From assembly GCA_051294375.1 (NCBI GenBank), contig JBJCIZ010000239.1, positions 674,442 to 738,441 of the forward strand: a stretch of 64,000 nucleotides of DNA. Direction: 5' to 3'. The stretch's first letter is position 1; every line of letters begins with the position of its first letter. The position numbers and the translations under genes are program-made. Of the stretch, positions 40,437 to 51,669 are shown in pieces. Under the pieces are notes generated by a model, which saw only the letters and a list, made by a program, of their open reading frames with translations, was not told where the DNA came from and searched no databases. The stretch comes from Paraspadella gotoi. Its lineage: Eukaryota; Animalia; Chaetognatha.

Positions 40437-41400
40437 ATAGTCGGGGATGGAGGCTTTGTCCTTTTCCCTGACAGTTTCGAAGTTTTCTCTGGCAGCATTG
40501 ACAAGGGCAATGCCGTATTGGCATGAACACGTGGATCCACCTCGATCTTTGCCTCGGTGAGTGCTTCGGTGATTGTGATTGAGGATCCTTCACAGAGCTC
40601 GCGCAGTCCCAGCCACATAGATTGGTTGATAGGCACAATAAACCTATTGACAACCTTGTCCCGAGCAAGGAGGGCGCGTAGTTGTTGATCAATTTTGGCA
40701 GGGGGTGTTTGGGAATCCTTGAAGGCCTCATAAAAGCTTCTCAAAAAATCTTCTGGTGATTCATCTGGCCTTCTTTTTTCCAATTTGATGGGGTATTCCA
40801 CTAGAGTTAAAGAAGGTGGTTGAATCTCATTTTTTCTCCCAACAGTGTTGTTTCTGTGGGCGTGAAGCATGCTTCAAGGGATTGCTTCTTGAGGGGGTTG
40901 TAGGCCTTCTCTGGTTGGTCCACTCCAGTGGCACGGGTTGGATCACTTGGGGTGGAGCTGGTTGCGAGGTTCCAATCAATCTTGTTTTGTTTTTCACTTC
41001 ATTGAATTTGGTCATCATGGTCGTCAACATATGATGAAGGTTGTCCATCTTGGAGCCGAGGGTATCTCCACTGGCTTTGACCTTCTGGCTCAGAATGGTG
41101 AGGTGTTGCTTGTTGGCCATATTTGCATCATCGACAATCTTTAAGATTTGGCGAGTGTTTCTGCTTGGTCATTGTCCAATTGGCAGTTATCCCAGAGAGC
41201 TCCATCAAGCTTGAATGTTTGGAACTCCAATTTTTTCTGGACACTGCTACGTCTTCTGTGTTCGCGGCGCCCGTGACTGGCGCCTCCGCCCTCTCTTCCA
41301 TCCCGGTTTGGGTGAAGGAATGTTGGGGGCAGAGTTGTTGTCCATCTTCTTTAGGGGTGGCGTAGTTGGTGATGTGGTAAGGCTTGTTTTTCTTGGAGAC
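40373..41400 (-). pseudogene. Frameshifted gag-region ORFs of the Gypsy element
   Basis: Coding-like overlapping ORFs lie between the PBS and pol (e.g. MANKQHLTILSQKVK..., RRPDESPEDFLRSFYEAF...). Assigned by position only. Confidence 0.55.
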
Positions 41401-41409
41401 GTGGTGAGT

Positions 41410-41430
41410 CGAGTCCACTCCTGTTCACCA
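41410..41430 (-). promoter_or_regulatory. Primer-binding site, tRNA-Leu-like
   Basis: TGGTGAACAGGAGTGGACTCG lies immediately inside the 5' LTR. It resembles the complement of the tRNA-Leu(CAG) 3' end, TGGTGTCAGGAGTGGGATTCG (recalled from memory). Confidence 0.7.
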
Positions 41431-41563
41431 CATTTAAGTAAGCAGACAGGGATTTCAATATGAAACCAAAGTGGAATTTTATTATCAGAAAATAGACAAG
41501 AGAAGACGGTGTCAATTTTCAAACAGAGTGAATCAAAGCAGAAACAGAGGCTATTTATAATGG
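41431..41563 (-). repeat. 5' LTR remnant (from just upstream of the TATA box to U5)
   Basis: Minus strand reads CCATTATAAATAGCC...GATAATAAAATTCC...CTTAAATG and directly abuts the PBS. Confidence 0.85.
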
Positions 41564-42057
41564 GATCGCCCAACAGCTTTATTTTTCTCCTACAGCTATC
41601 TGCAGAGTTGTCAACAAATTTGAAGCAGCTGGAAACCTTGGACGAGCTGTTGGAAGCAAGCGGCCTTGCACGTCCACAGAGAGCAAGGACGATGACCTGG
41701 AAAGTCTCGCAATTCAAGACTGTAAGGCTTCTGCAAGCCAGTTGAGAAAAAACAGTGAATAGGCGGCTTTTCATGGAGGATAAAGCTCCTGGATACAAAG
41801 TCAAAGCCCACCAAAAATTTTAAGAGGAAAACGGGATGGAGGTGCTCGAAGGTTGGCTCAGAAACTCGCCTGACTGCAACATCATTGAAAATGTCTGGAC
41901 AAGGATAAAAAGGGACATTTTGCAGTATAATACAATGACAGTCGACAAAATCAAGAAAATTTTTATGCACCCTTCATATTTGCCCAGCCACTAAGACTCT
42001 CTCCCTTGTCGCATGGAAGCGGTGCTGAAAGCAAATGGTGGTCCGACAATGTATTAA
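41564..42057 (+). pseudogene. Tc1-family transposase remnant (HTH plus C-terminal half of the DDE domain; centre deleted)
   Basis: Reads IAQQLYFSPTAICRVVNKFEAAGNLGRAVGSKRP... then TVNRRL/FMEDKAP...WLRNSPDCNIIENVW...DSLPCRMEAVLKANGGPTMY*. Matches Tc1 motifs GRPR, FQQDNAP, WP..SPDLNPIEN.W and AV..A.GG.TKY. Contains internal stops. Confidence 0.9.
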
Positions 42058-42414
42058 CTAACTGTGTCCTAAAAAAATATTATTTTCCTTCAAATAACGA
42101 AATAAAATGCTTTTATCATAACTATTAAACTTTTTTTGAGCAGATCTGTACACTTTTTGGTCGGATGGTAAGACTGTCTGTCTCACAGTATCTTTTTCTA
42201 TCTATCGGTCTGTCAGTTCGTCTGTTTAATTAAAGCTTAGCTAACAGAATACACAATGCCAAGCTATTTTTATAAGTAAATATTCTAAAAAAAAGATCAA
42301 CATGATTTGGATACTTACGCATATTCCCTCCCTGGAAATACGATCACCGATCACGTAGATAAAAAGTAAAATCGGGGTAACACCATGGAATTTCAATTCC
42401 TCCATCTTTCCTTA

Positions 42415-42652
42415 TTAGTTGCGGAAACAACTCTATAAGTCATTTTTCGGTCGATCAGTATGTCTGTCCGTCGGTCTGTCGTCTATTGTCTTACATTGAA
42501 AATGCTCATAACTCGCCCATAGTTGCTCATTTGTTGAGACAGGAAAAAAAAAACCCTCAAAACTAAGTGACTGCTAGCGCCGCCTTCAGGAAATCATAAA
42601 ACTATAAAGAAAAAAAGACTAGCTCAGAAAGTCACTGCGGCGCAACACACAT
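42415..42652 (+). mobile_element. HINE/DINE-1-like repeat, same family as 25052-25322
   Basis: TTAGTTGCGGAAACAACTCTATAAGTCA...TGTCTGTCCGTCGG...TTGCTCATTTGTT.AGACAG...AGTCACTGCGGCGCAACACAC. Confidence 0.6.
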
Positions 42653-44033
42653 TTGAATTTTCGTTCTTGTTTCCTTTCTACTTTTTTTTTCCCATTTCCC
42701 ACCTCTCTTTCTTACCTCTCTCTATCTCTTACCCCCCACGAAGCGTCAACCTTAACATATGATACACTTATCTCGGATTTCTTTTTCTTTTTCTCTATTG
42801 CTCCAGCGGAGCAATTTTTTACCGTCTTATTTCTTATTTCTTATTTCTTTTTTCTTCTTTTTATTCCCCGCAGTTTCTATGCTTCCCACTTTTGTTTTTC
42901 CGCGGAGGTGACTTACCTTTAACGTTTTAACAATTGTGCTTTTTAACGTTAGCTTCCATTTAATCTATCTGTCTGTCTGTCTCTCTCTCACTCTCTCAAA
43001 AATCTCTCATCTCTCTCTCTTTTTATAAAATATAAAAAACTTCCTGCTTCTTTGCCCCGTCCTTTCCTCCATCCTTCGCATCATCTCTAATCTCTCTCTC
43101 CTCTCTATTCAATCGTCATTCTCTTCTCTCATCTATCTTCTCTCTCTTTTTTTTTATATATAAACTTCCTGTTCCCTTCCCTCCGTCCTTTCTCCCTCCT
43201 ATCGCCATCATCTCTCTCTCTCTCTCATCTCCATCTTCTTCTCTCTCTCTCCTTCTCTTCCCAAAACTCATTGAGCTCAAACTTTTGCCCAGAATCGGAT
43301 TCCTCGCCATTTGGCATTCTTCGCGAGTGCCCCAGAAACGAGATCCTACCCCGCCGGCAATTAGTCTCATCAGAGAGAGAGAGAGAAAGAGAAAAGAGAG
43401 AGAAAAGGAGAGTGAGAGAGAGAGAGAGAGCGAGAGAAGAATACGAGGTAATGAAAACGAATAGGAAAAGGAGAGAGAGAGAGAGAAAGAGAGAGAGAGG
43501 AGAGAGAGAGAGAGAATGAAATATCGAGGGTACCGGAATACCGATATAAAGAGGCGGACCGACTTATACCGGACAGAAAGAAAACATTGAAAACTTGGAG
43601 AAAGCCAAAGAATTAAGGGACGAAAAGAAAACAAAGGAAAACAAGGGAAAAGCAGGAAAGAAAAAAGGAAGGCAATTAAGAAGACAGGTAAAGGGAATAC
43701 AAAAAGAAAGAAAACAAGGGAAAAGGCAGGGAGAGAGAAAGCAAGAAGAAGCAAGAAAGGAAATTAAAGAAAAAAAAAATATAAAAGGAAGGGAAGGAAA
43801 AAGAAAAAAAAAACGAAAGAAAGAAGGACCGAAAGGAAAGGAAGGAAAAAAAGAAAGAAGAGATGAATTAAAAGGAAAATAAGAGAGAAGAGACAGAAGA
43901 GAGAGATGTGAAAAATGAGATAACATCGAAAAGTGTTCCAATCAGGTCTTCGCGGAAAACCGATCCAATAACTCTCTCACTCTCTAACTAGAATACTTCG
44001 AATCATCTCTCTACTCTCAATTTCTCCTCAAAC

Positions 44034-44085
<52 letters not shown>

Positions 44086-44616
44086 CTCTCTCTTCTCTCT
44101 TCTCTTTCCTCCCACCCACCTCATATCAGAGACTCCTCTAATCATCTCGATCTCACTTTCTGATTAAAGATTAAACCAAGGGACAGAGACAACCGGCTTA
44201 AAAAAAGTTACAATCGAAAAAGAGAGAAAACCTCACACACATACATCCTCAATCCACACAGAAACGGGGAAAAAAAAAAATTGATCCATTTGTTGCTGAC
44301 GATCGAAAGCAATTCGAACCCCGCCTTTTTCCTCCCCGACCCCCGCCCTCTCTTGACAGAGATGAAAATGGGATAGAAAAACATTTGGTACTGGAACGAT
44401 AGCGACAGGGACTCGAAACATGTGTGAGAGAGGAGAGAGAGAGAGAGTAGAGAGAGAGAGAGGAAGAGAGAGAGCAGAGAGAGAGAGAGATAAAAAAGCT
44501 AATAAATACAACACCTTCCATTTTCTAGCGAAAAAGAAGGCGGCGGTGTCCTCCGGCAGCGATGATGATCAATTTTTCCAATAAACTGAAAGGAGAGAGA
44601 GAGAGCGAGAGAGAGA

Positions 44617-44658
<42 letters not shown>

Positions 44659-45080
44659 CGTAAATTTCCGTTCACCAGAAAAGCGGAACGCCAGAAAGTA
44701 ACAAGTAAAATGTAGTCGGTTTTCGCTCGTAAATTGTAGACGGAAATCGCGCGGTTTTTCTTTGGAATTTGAATGTTGATAAAAAAAAGGTTTTTATTTG
44801 GGATTTTCTGCCCGAGTATAGTGGAGTACAGAGTACATTTAGGACCCTTGTTTTATTAACATTGCAATTGAGAGAAACCGTAACTAACCTTTATAGTTTA
44901 TTGATGTTGTTTGTTTATTGTTTAATGTTTTCATAAAAAAAAAATTCCTTTGTTGATGCGTATTATTTGTAGTTTCATGCGTTTAATTTTTAAATTTAAC
45001 AAACGGTAAACAGAATATTATTATTAGTATTACAAAATATCAACAATAACAATAACTGTGGGGCCGCCAGGGAATCCGCC

Positions 45081-45101
45081 ATGACAACGTCATTTCTTCT
45101 C

Positions 45102-45140
<39 letters not shown>

Positions 45141-45193
45141 TCGCTTGTGATTTCCTTCGGCGGCGCCGCGTCAAAGTCGGTTCTCGGCGCAGG
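45081..45193 (+). CDS. Candidate first coding exon: signal-peptide-like MTTSFLL(A13)SLVISFGGAASKSVLGAG
   Basis: Strong start context TCCGCC-ATG, a hydrophobic run, and a canonical donor GG|GTAAGT at 45193/45194. Confidence 0.45.
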
Positions 45194-45254
45194 GTAAGTC
45201 GGTGCCATTACTCATGCGCGTCTCTCGGTCGAAAAGGTAGGTCAAGGTTCGCAG

Positions 45255-45558
45255 AAGGTGGAATTCGACGCTGAAAGACGAAGAGTCACGGGGGAACGAC
45301 GATGACGACGACGACGACAAACATACCGAAGGACGACACAACAGTGACTGGCAATGAGCGAAGACGACGACGCACGACGAAGACGACGACGAAGGATGAC
45401 GACGACGAAGATGACGACTGGACGTTTGATGACGAAGACGACAACGACGAAAGACGGCCGACGATGTCGCATAGAAGGCCGACAATTTACGAAGAGGATG
45501 ACGTCGAGAGATGATGACAAGGAAAACCAGGAGTACTGACAACGACGACGATGACGAC
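45255..45558 (+). CDS. Candidate Asp/Glu-rich coding segment (frameshift noise)
   Basis: Splicing to CAG| at 45254 gives in-frame RWNSTLKDEESRGNDDDDDDDK. Later pieces read DDDDEDDDWTFDDEDDNDE, IYEEDDVE and DDDKENQEY. Confidence 0.4.
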
Positions 45559-46584
45559 NNNNNNNNNNNNNNNNNNNNNNNNNAAAAAGAGAGAGATAGA
45601 AAGGAAAAATAGGACAAACGCAAAGAACGAAAGCAGAAAAAAAAAACGAAATAATATATAATAACTAAAGCGAAACGAAGTATGCGTTATTTGCTCTCTG
45701 ATACCTGACTTTAGAAACTGCTTTGTCAAATGACTCCACAAATTAATAATGTAATGCACACAACAAGCATTTACAAATCAGTTTCCAAAGTACATACTTA
45801 TGACTTATTCAGAATATTGGAAACTCATTTAATCAACGTGAAAGCACAAGTCTAACGTTACCTGTTAACGTTCACCAAATTAAGAGAACCAAATTTGCGG
45901 GTGCGCCATCTTTAGTTTTCTCACCGACAGAACGCCGCTCTCCGACGCATCCTCTTAAACTTAAACCCGAGCTTCGTGCTTTCTTCCGGACTTTTTCTCT
46001 CAATCCCTCTCGTCCCTTTAAAAGCGCCGTCGTTCACAGTTACAACCGCTCCCCTAACTGCCACGCCCCTCTCTAGAATTCTTCCCCAGGCGCCCATTAC
46101 CAACTCACGTTTTAGGCCGATCGCGGAATTCGTCCTATCGCCTCCTACAAACGGTGTTCTTTAAAAGGCCGATCGAATTTTTTTTTTTTTTTTTTTTTGG
46201 ACCTTTTTTTTTTAGTTGAACACGGAGGCACTCATCAAGGCGCTTTTGGTCCTATTATACTGTATTATTGTATATCCTAGTTATAAGCATGTAAAATTTC
46301 AGTAAGAACAGTCCGACAGTGTAGTAAGATGATGTATCATGCGATACTTCAAGACACATATAATCTGTACTATAGTATTCTATAATTTTAATACATGACA
46401 TTCGTATTAATTATATTTGGAATATTGTCAGAGGCTTGATTCACATTTTGCATTAATGTATTGTTTTTTTTTTTGTTATTTTGTAATAGGGATTTCATCC
46501 TTAAACCAACTTCTTCATACAGAAGAGAGATCGTTAATATATGATATTGAAGAGACAGTAATTATTGATAAGTGTTAATGACAG

Positions 46585-46762
46585 AACCGTTCAATATAAG
46601 CAGTCCCTGAGCTTCGGATCAGGCTGTAACACACCATGTTACAGGCGGGTTAAGCGCCCCGTCCCTCTTAACTGCCGGACCCCGGACCTTTGGTTTGGGA
46701 GGCGAGTGACTTGCCTCCGGCACCATGGCCGCTTATGAACGGTTGGTGGATTTTAGTCCACC
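46585..46762. other. Compact multi-hairpin element (mirror copy ~59443-59622)
   Basis: Closing stem AACCGTTCA/TGAACGGTT encloses four hairpins and is followed by a fifth. Confidence 0.55.
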
Positions 46763-48401
46763 ATAATATGAAATTGGTACAACCAATATAAAAATATCCA
46801 TTCATTCACATCTCGAACAAAACCTCGTTCGTTTTTAAAATCGGGCTAATAAACAAATGATTTTTCGCTTTACGAAGTTTTTATTTGTTACCGAATTCCG
46901 ATCCAATAAAAAAAAATTAAAGATTTTTTTTGAAAATCTATTTCCGTTTTTTGTTAAAGTTTTCGATCTTATAATTCATTATAATTTTTAGGATGAGAAA
47001 TACTTTTTTTGAAAATGTATATGAAATTGGTACAAACAATATAAAAATTATCCATTCATTTAATAATAAAGCTATCTTGCCCACGACTTTGGAAAGGCTT
47101 TTGTGTTTAGGGCCTCCATCACTCATACAAGATAATAGACATAGCAGGTCCCTGCAATCTTTTCTATCAAGACTCTCACACAGTAGAAGCACTAGGAATT
47201 AATTTTTTTAATATTTATTTATAGATAGGAAATGTCAAAACAAGTTTTTTGAATTTGTATTTTTAAAATCATATTCAGATAGCTTATAAAAAGTTGTCTA
47301 CCCAAGTATAATTCTTTTTTCAATATTTTGATTATAAGTGGGTGAAAATTGGGAAAACCTTGAAAAAATTATCCCCATCATCATCATCCATGATTTTAGT
47401 AGTTTTTGCTCACTTTCAGTAATAAAATATCACAATTTTAAAAAGTTGCTAAATTATATTTTTGCCTAACTTTTTGAGCTCTATCAGAATTCAGAATAAA
47501 TTAAAAAAACTTAAATATCCAAAAATAATTTTAATTAGCGAATTACTCATCTTCGAAACATTTTTGCTAAAAAAAATATTTTAACATAATAACTAATACC
47601 AAGAATTAATTCGTTTAATACTGTTCATTAAAATTTGAATTTGGTCGTCTACCGCTAGTGGGAGATAAAAAAAATATTGCAGAAAAAATAATCAAGTCAT
47701 AATATTCAACCTAACTTCGGCTGTAAACTATCTATTTGCTGCCTTTTGAATTTTCTAATTTCATCCCACTAAAACAAATAATATGAAAATTATATATAAT
47801 TAAGTAATGGAGGTAATAAAGTATAACTATAAGTTACGTTCTTTGGGGGTTCATCCTTCTATAATGTGGAATACAAATATATTTGATTTAATAATAAGGC
47901 TCCCTTAATTAAGAGTAGCCGTTTAAAAAGATATGTTACAAAATAACAATCCATTAATACTCTCCAAAACACTGTTCAATTTTTTTTTAAAATTAATATA
48001 CAATATTTGATTTAATAATTAGGCTACCTTAATTAAGAGTAGCCGTTAAAACATATGTTACGAAATAACAATCATTTAAATACTCTCCGAACTATGTTCA
48101 ATACAAATCGATCAATTAATTGTTTGATGATTTTATGAAACTTGATTGTTATGAAGTGCTTTAAGTATAAAAAAAAAAGACGGACAAGGTTGAAAAATTT
48201 CTGAGAATTCAAGGTATTTTAAAAACGATTGGGTGTTTACTTAACTTTCTTTATATTCAACTTATTCTGAGGAAAGTTCCTTTATAACATGTACATGGGA
48301 AATAAATAAAACAAAAAATACTGCATATGCAAATTAGATTTTTAGCGTTTGAATTAGTTTCTTCTCGGTGGCTACCATAAGTAAATATTCGAATAGAGAA
48401 T

Positions 48402-48464
<63 letters not shown>

Positions 48465-48749
48465 TTTCCCATCACGTGACCCACGTAAGCGTCATGATCA
48501 CGGCTGCTGTGACGAGATTCAGGGATTGACGAAGGCCGACGATGACGACGACAACGACGACGACAACGACGACGACCCAACGTTCCACGATCACAACACA
48601 CACCCTGCCACTCTCCTCTCCGGCCACGCCCTTCTTCCAAACGTCCGGCGTCCGGATTTACGCGGCCGGAATGTCTGTCGACTTTCGTCGCGCTCCGCGG
48701 GAGATGGAAGCAGCTGCGGTCCCTGCTCTGCCGGACCGAATGTGAGATT

Positions 48750-49022
48750 GCTGCTGCTTCTGAAGCCGCGCAGAAGATGGCAGCTGGATTCCTCCCACTC
48801 GGGATTCCTCCCACGGGATTCTCCCATGGATTCCTCCGACACGGGATTCCTCCCACACGGGATTTCTCCCGCGGAATTTTCCCATTGCTGCTGCTTCTGA
48901 AGCGCGCAGAAGATGGCAGCTGGATTCCTCCCACTCGGATTCCTCCACGCGGATTCTCCCCATGGGATTTCCTCCACACGGAATTCCTCTCACACGGAAT
49001 TCCTCCCACACGGGATTCCCAC
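48750..49022. repeat. GC-rich minisatellite (GGATTCCTCCCACACG-type ~16-17-bp unit within a ~135-bp higher-order duplication); mirror at 57172-57460
   Basis: Repeated GGATTCCTCCCAC(A/T)CG. GCTGCTGCTTCTGAAGC..GCAGAAGATGGCAGCTGG occurs twice. Confidence 0.9.
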
Positions 49023-49408
49023 TGAACCAACATGCTGCTGAGGCTGCGTTGTTGAGAAGCTGTAGAGAAGGGTTGACATCTAAAGATCATTCGTTTTTGA
49101 GAATATTGCGAAAAACTAAAATGAATGTTTTTCGCTTTTTTTCCCCCCCTTTTCATTTTACTGTAAAAATCCTCTCCAACAGCCTGGAACTTCATTTCAG
49201 ATTCCGCGGACAATCCGGCTAGTTACAAATACAACTACAGCGGTATCTCATACTTTTAAAGCTACTCTACTTATTCTTAACCGCTCCAACAGCTCTAATA
49301 GTTCCTAAAGCTCATACAGCTCCTACAGCTTCCCGCTGCTTCTCCCGTGCTGCGCGCGGAGATTCGGATTTATAAGCGGGACCCGAGTTACGGCGAAGTT
49401 ACGAGGAG

Positions 49409-49449
<41 letters not shown>

Positions 49450-49692
49450 AGACAGAGTCACGCCCTCTTTGGTGGATTAAGTCTTCAATAGAATTCAGGT
49501 TTTGCTTTTGGGTTTTTTTTAGAAATTCTCCGTTATTCAAATTTAAACTTATACAATAATGTGAGTTAGGTACATTAAAATATTAGCCGTTCAGTTTGTT
49601 CGATGAAAAGAGAAAGAAAAATCGAACGCGTTCGAACCGAAATAACGACATTTGTAAATGTCACAGTACAGTCCATTTTAAGGAGTAGAGAG

Positions 49693-49745
<53 letters not shown>

Positions 49746-50983
49746 CTGAATGACGAAGAAAATTCAGTTAATTAGAAAATGTTGATTTTTCGTAGTTCTT
49801 TTTCCCCCCACCCTCGATAAAATAACACCGTGGCCCTTAGCAAAGACCCCTTCGGCCTCGCCCACGTTTTCTCTGGCGCCCATCGTCCACAACCCTGCCA
49901 CGGAGCGACACAACTCCTCTCCGCGCCCACAGTTTTTGACGCGTCTTCCGTGTTTCGAAAGAAAAGAAAACGACTACTTGAGCCAAAATATCGTCAGAGG
50001 GGCAAGAGAGAAGGGCGAGAAGTTGAAAACTTATCTATATGCAAATAAGATTCGGAACGAGGCTGTGGAAATCAAAATAAAATGATCAATCAATTATTTT
50101 CTTCTTCGTATTCACGAGGGAAAGATAGATATGCTAGTGGACGATAGAATTTGTGTTAATTGATGTATCGATAACTGATCAGTAATTAATCTGTTAATGC
50201 TATTGGTGCTATTTGCGATTATTTGTACCACTGCGACCCATGGCCGTCCGGCCCGTCCAAAGCCGATTAAACCGAATTTTGCGATATAACTTATAAAGGA
50301 AGGCATCTTTTAAAAGATCTCAAAATGCAAAGTCTTTATTGTATTTAATTTTAATCCATTGAATTCAGGAAGAATTCGTCAACACTTCCGAATCTGAATC
50401 TTAAATTAATCCAAAATGGCGGCCACGCGCGCCTCGCTTCTCCTTTCCTCTCGAAAAATATCGATGTCCTTTTTCTGCCAAGACCTTTGCGATGTTTGCA
50501 TCGGTCGTTAAGGTCTGTCGACCAAAGCGGTTGCCATGGTGATTTCGATAAATATAAGTTTTAGAGTATGTGAAACGTGGACTTAGATCAATTAGGCGTC
50601 AAGTTTTAGGTCAAACCCTTTTAAACGCTGTAACGCTCTGTAACTTACAGCAATTTAAATATAGATCTTTTTTGAAGTATTATTTTTTCACAAATAACAC
50701 AGTTAATCGCAAGAATGGACCAGTAGACCAAATGAAGAAAAACTGATAAGACTGAAAAAGTATTGAAAATAACATTATATTAAATCATAAGACCGTCGAC
50801 GAACGGACGGAAGAACGGACGAAGGGACGAACGGACGAAGCTGTGATGTGAAATGACTGAGTGATAAAAGTGAATTGCCGAGTGAAGGAAAAAAAACTGT
50901 GAGATTTATCGGCTTAATTTCGAACGTCCTTTTTTTTCGGTTTTATTCACGAATACATTTTTTACCATAGAGGGGGATAGAGG

Positions 50984-51067
<84 letters not shown>

Positions 51068-51175
51068 AGCGGCTTAGTTTACCGGTTGGGAAAAAGAGAT
51101 TAGGAATGACAGAAGGAGATTCGTTGTCTCTGTTTCTGAAAAAAAACGTTTATTCTCTTCTCTCTCTCACACACA

Positions 51176-51211
<36 letters not shown>

Positions 51212-51276
51212 CTCTCTCTCCTCTCTCTCTTCTCTCCCCACGGGATTGAAAGACAAAGATGATAGGTCATCACAAG

Positions 51277-51331
<55 letters not shown>

Positions 51332-51599
51332 CGTATCTTCTTCCTCCATGAATTATGCTTATCTTTTTGATCGATAATTATGCGGTAACATTTAGCCTGG
51401 ATTTCCTTATCTCTCTCCGCCACTTTCTTTCTCTCTCTCTCTCTCTCTCTCATCACTCTCTTCTCTCTCTCTCTCTCTCTGTTTCTCAGTTTTTCTTTCT
51501 CAAAGCCTATCTCAAAGGTTTAATATTTAGTATCACTTAATCTTCTGTTTCTTTTGTTTGTTCTTTTTTCAAAAAAAAAATTATTATCAAGCATTACAT

Positions 51600-51605
51600 C
51601 TTCAT

Positions 51606-51669
<64 letters not shown>

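Larger units (their letters stand above)
33777..41563 (-). mobile_element. Ty3/Gypsy (Metaviridae) LTR retrotransposon
   Basis: ~132-bp terminal direct repeats (33777-33908, 41431-41563), a PBS, a PPT, and a pol with domain order PR-RT-RH-IN. Confidence 0.95.
33493..42148 (+). mobile_element. Tc1-like DNA transposon, internally deleted and interrupted by a Gypsy insertion
   Basis: Perfect 24-bp TIRs CAGATCTGCTCAAAAAAAGTTTAA (33493-33516; reverse complement at 42125-42148). TA on each side (33491-33492, 42149-42150). Transposase remnants lie on both sides of the Gypsy element. Confidence 0.92.

Noticed and set aside
46660-46705. Superficial twister-ribozyme resemblance (TAACTGCCGG...CCGG...GGAGG)
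   Set aside because: Lacks the conserved GUCC.AAGC loop and the pseudoknot partners; kept only as a generic structured element.
48257-49213. 318-aa ORF with repeated RVGGIP motifs
   Set aside because: Translation of a GC-rich minisatellite; frames are not conserved in the mirror copy at 57013-57864.
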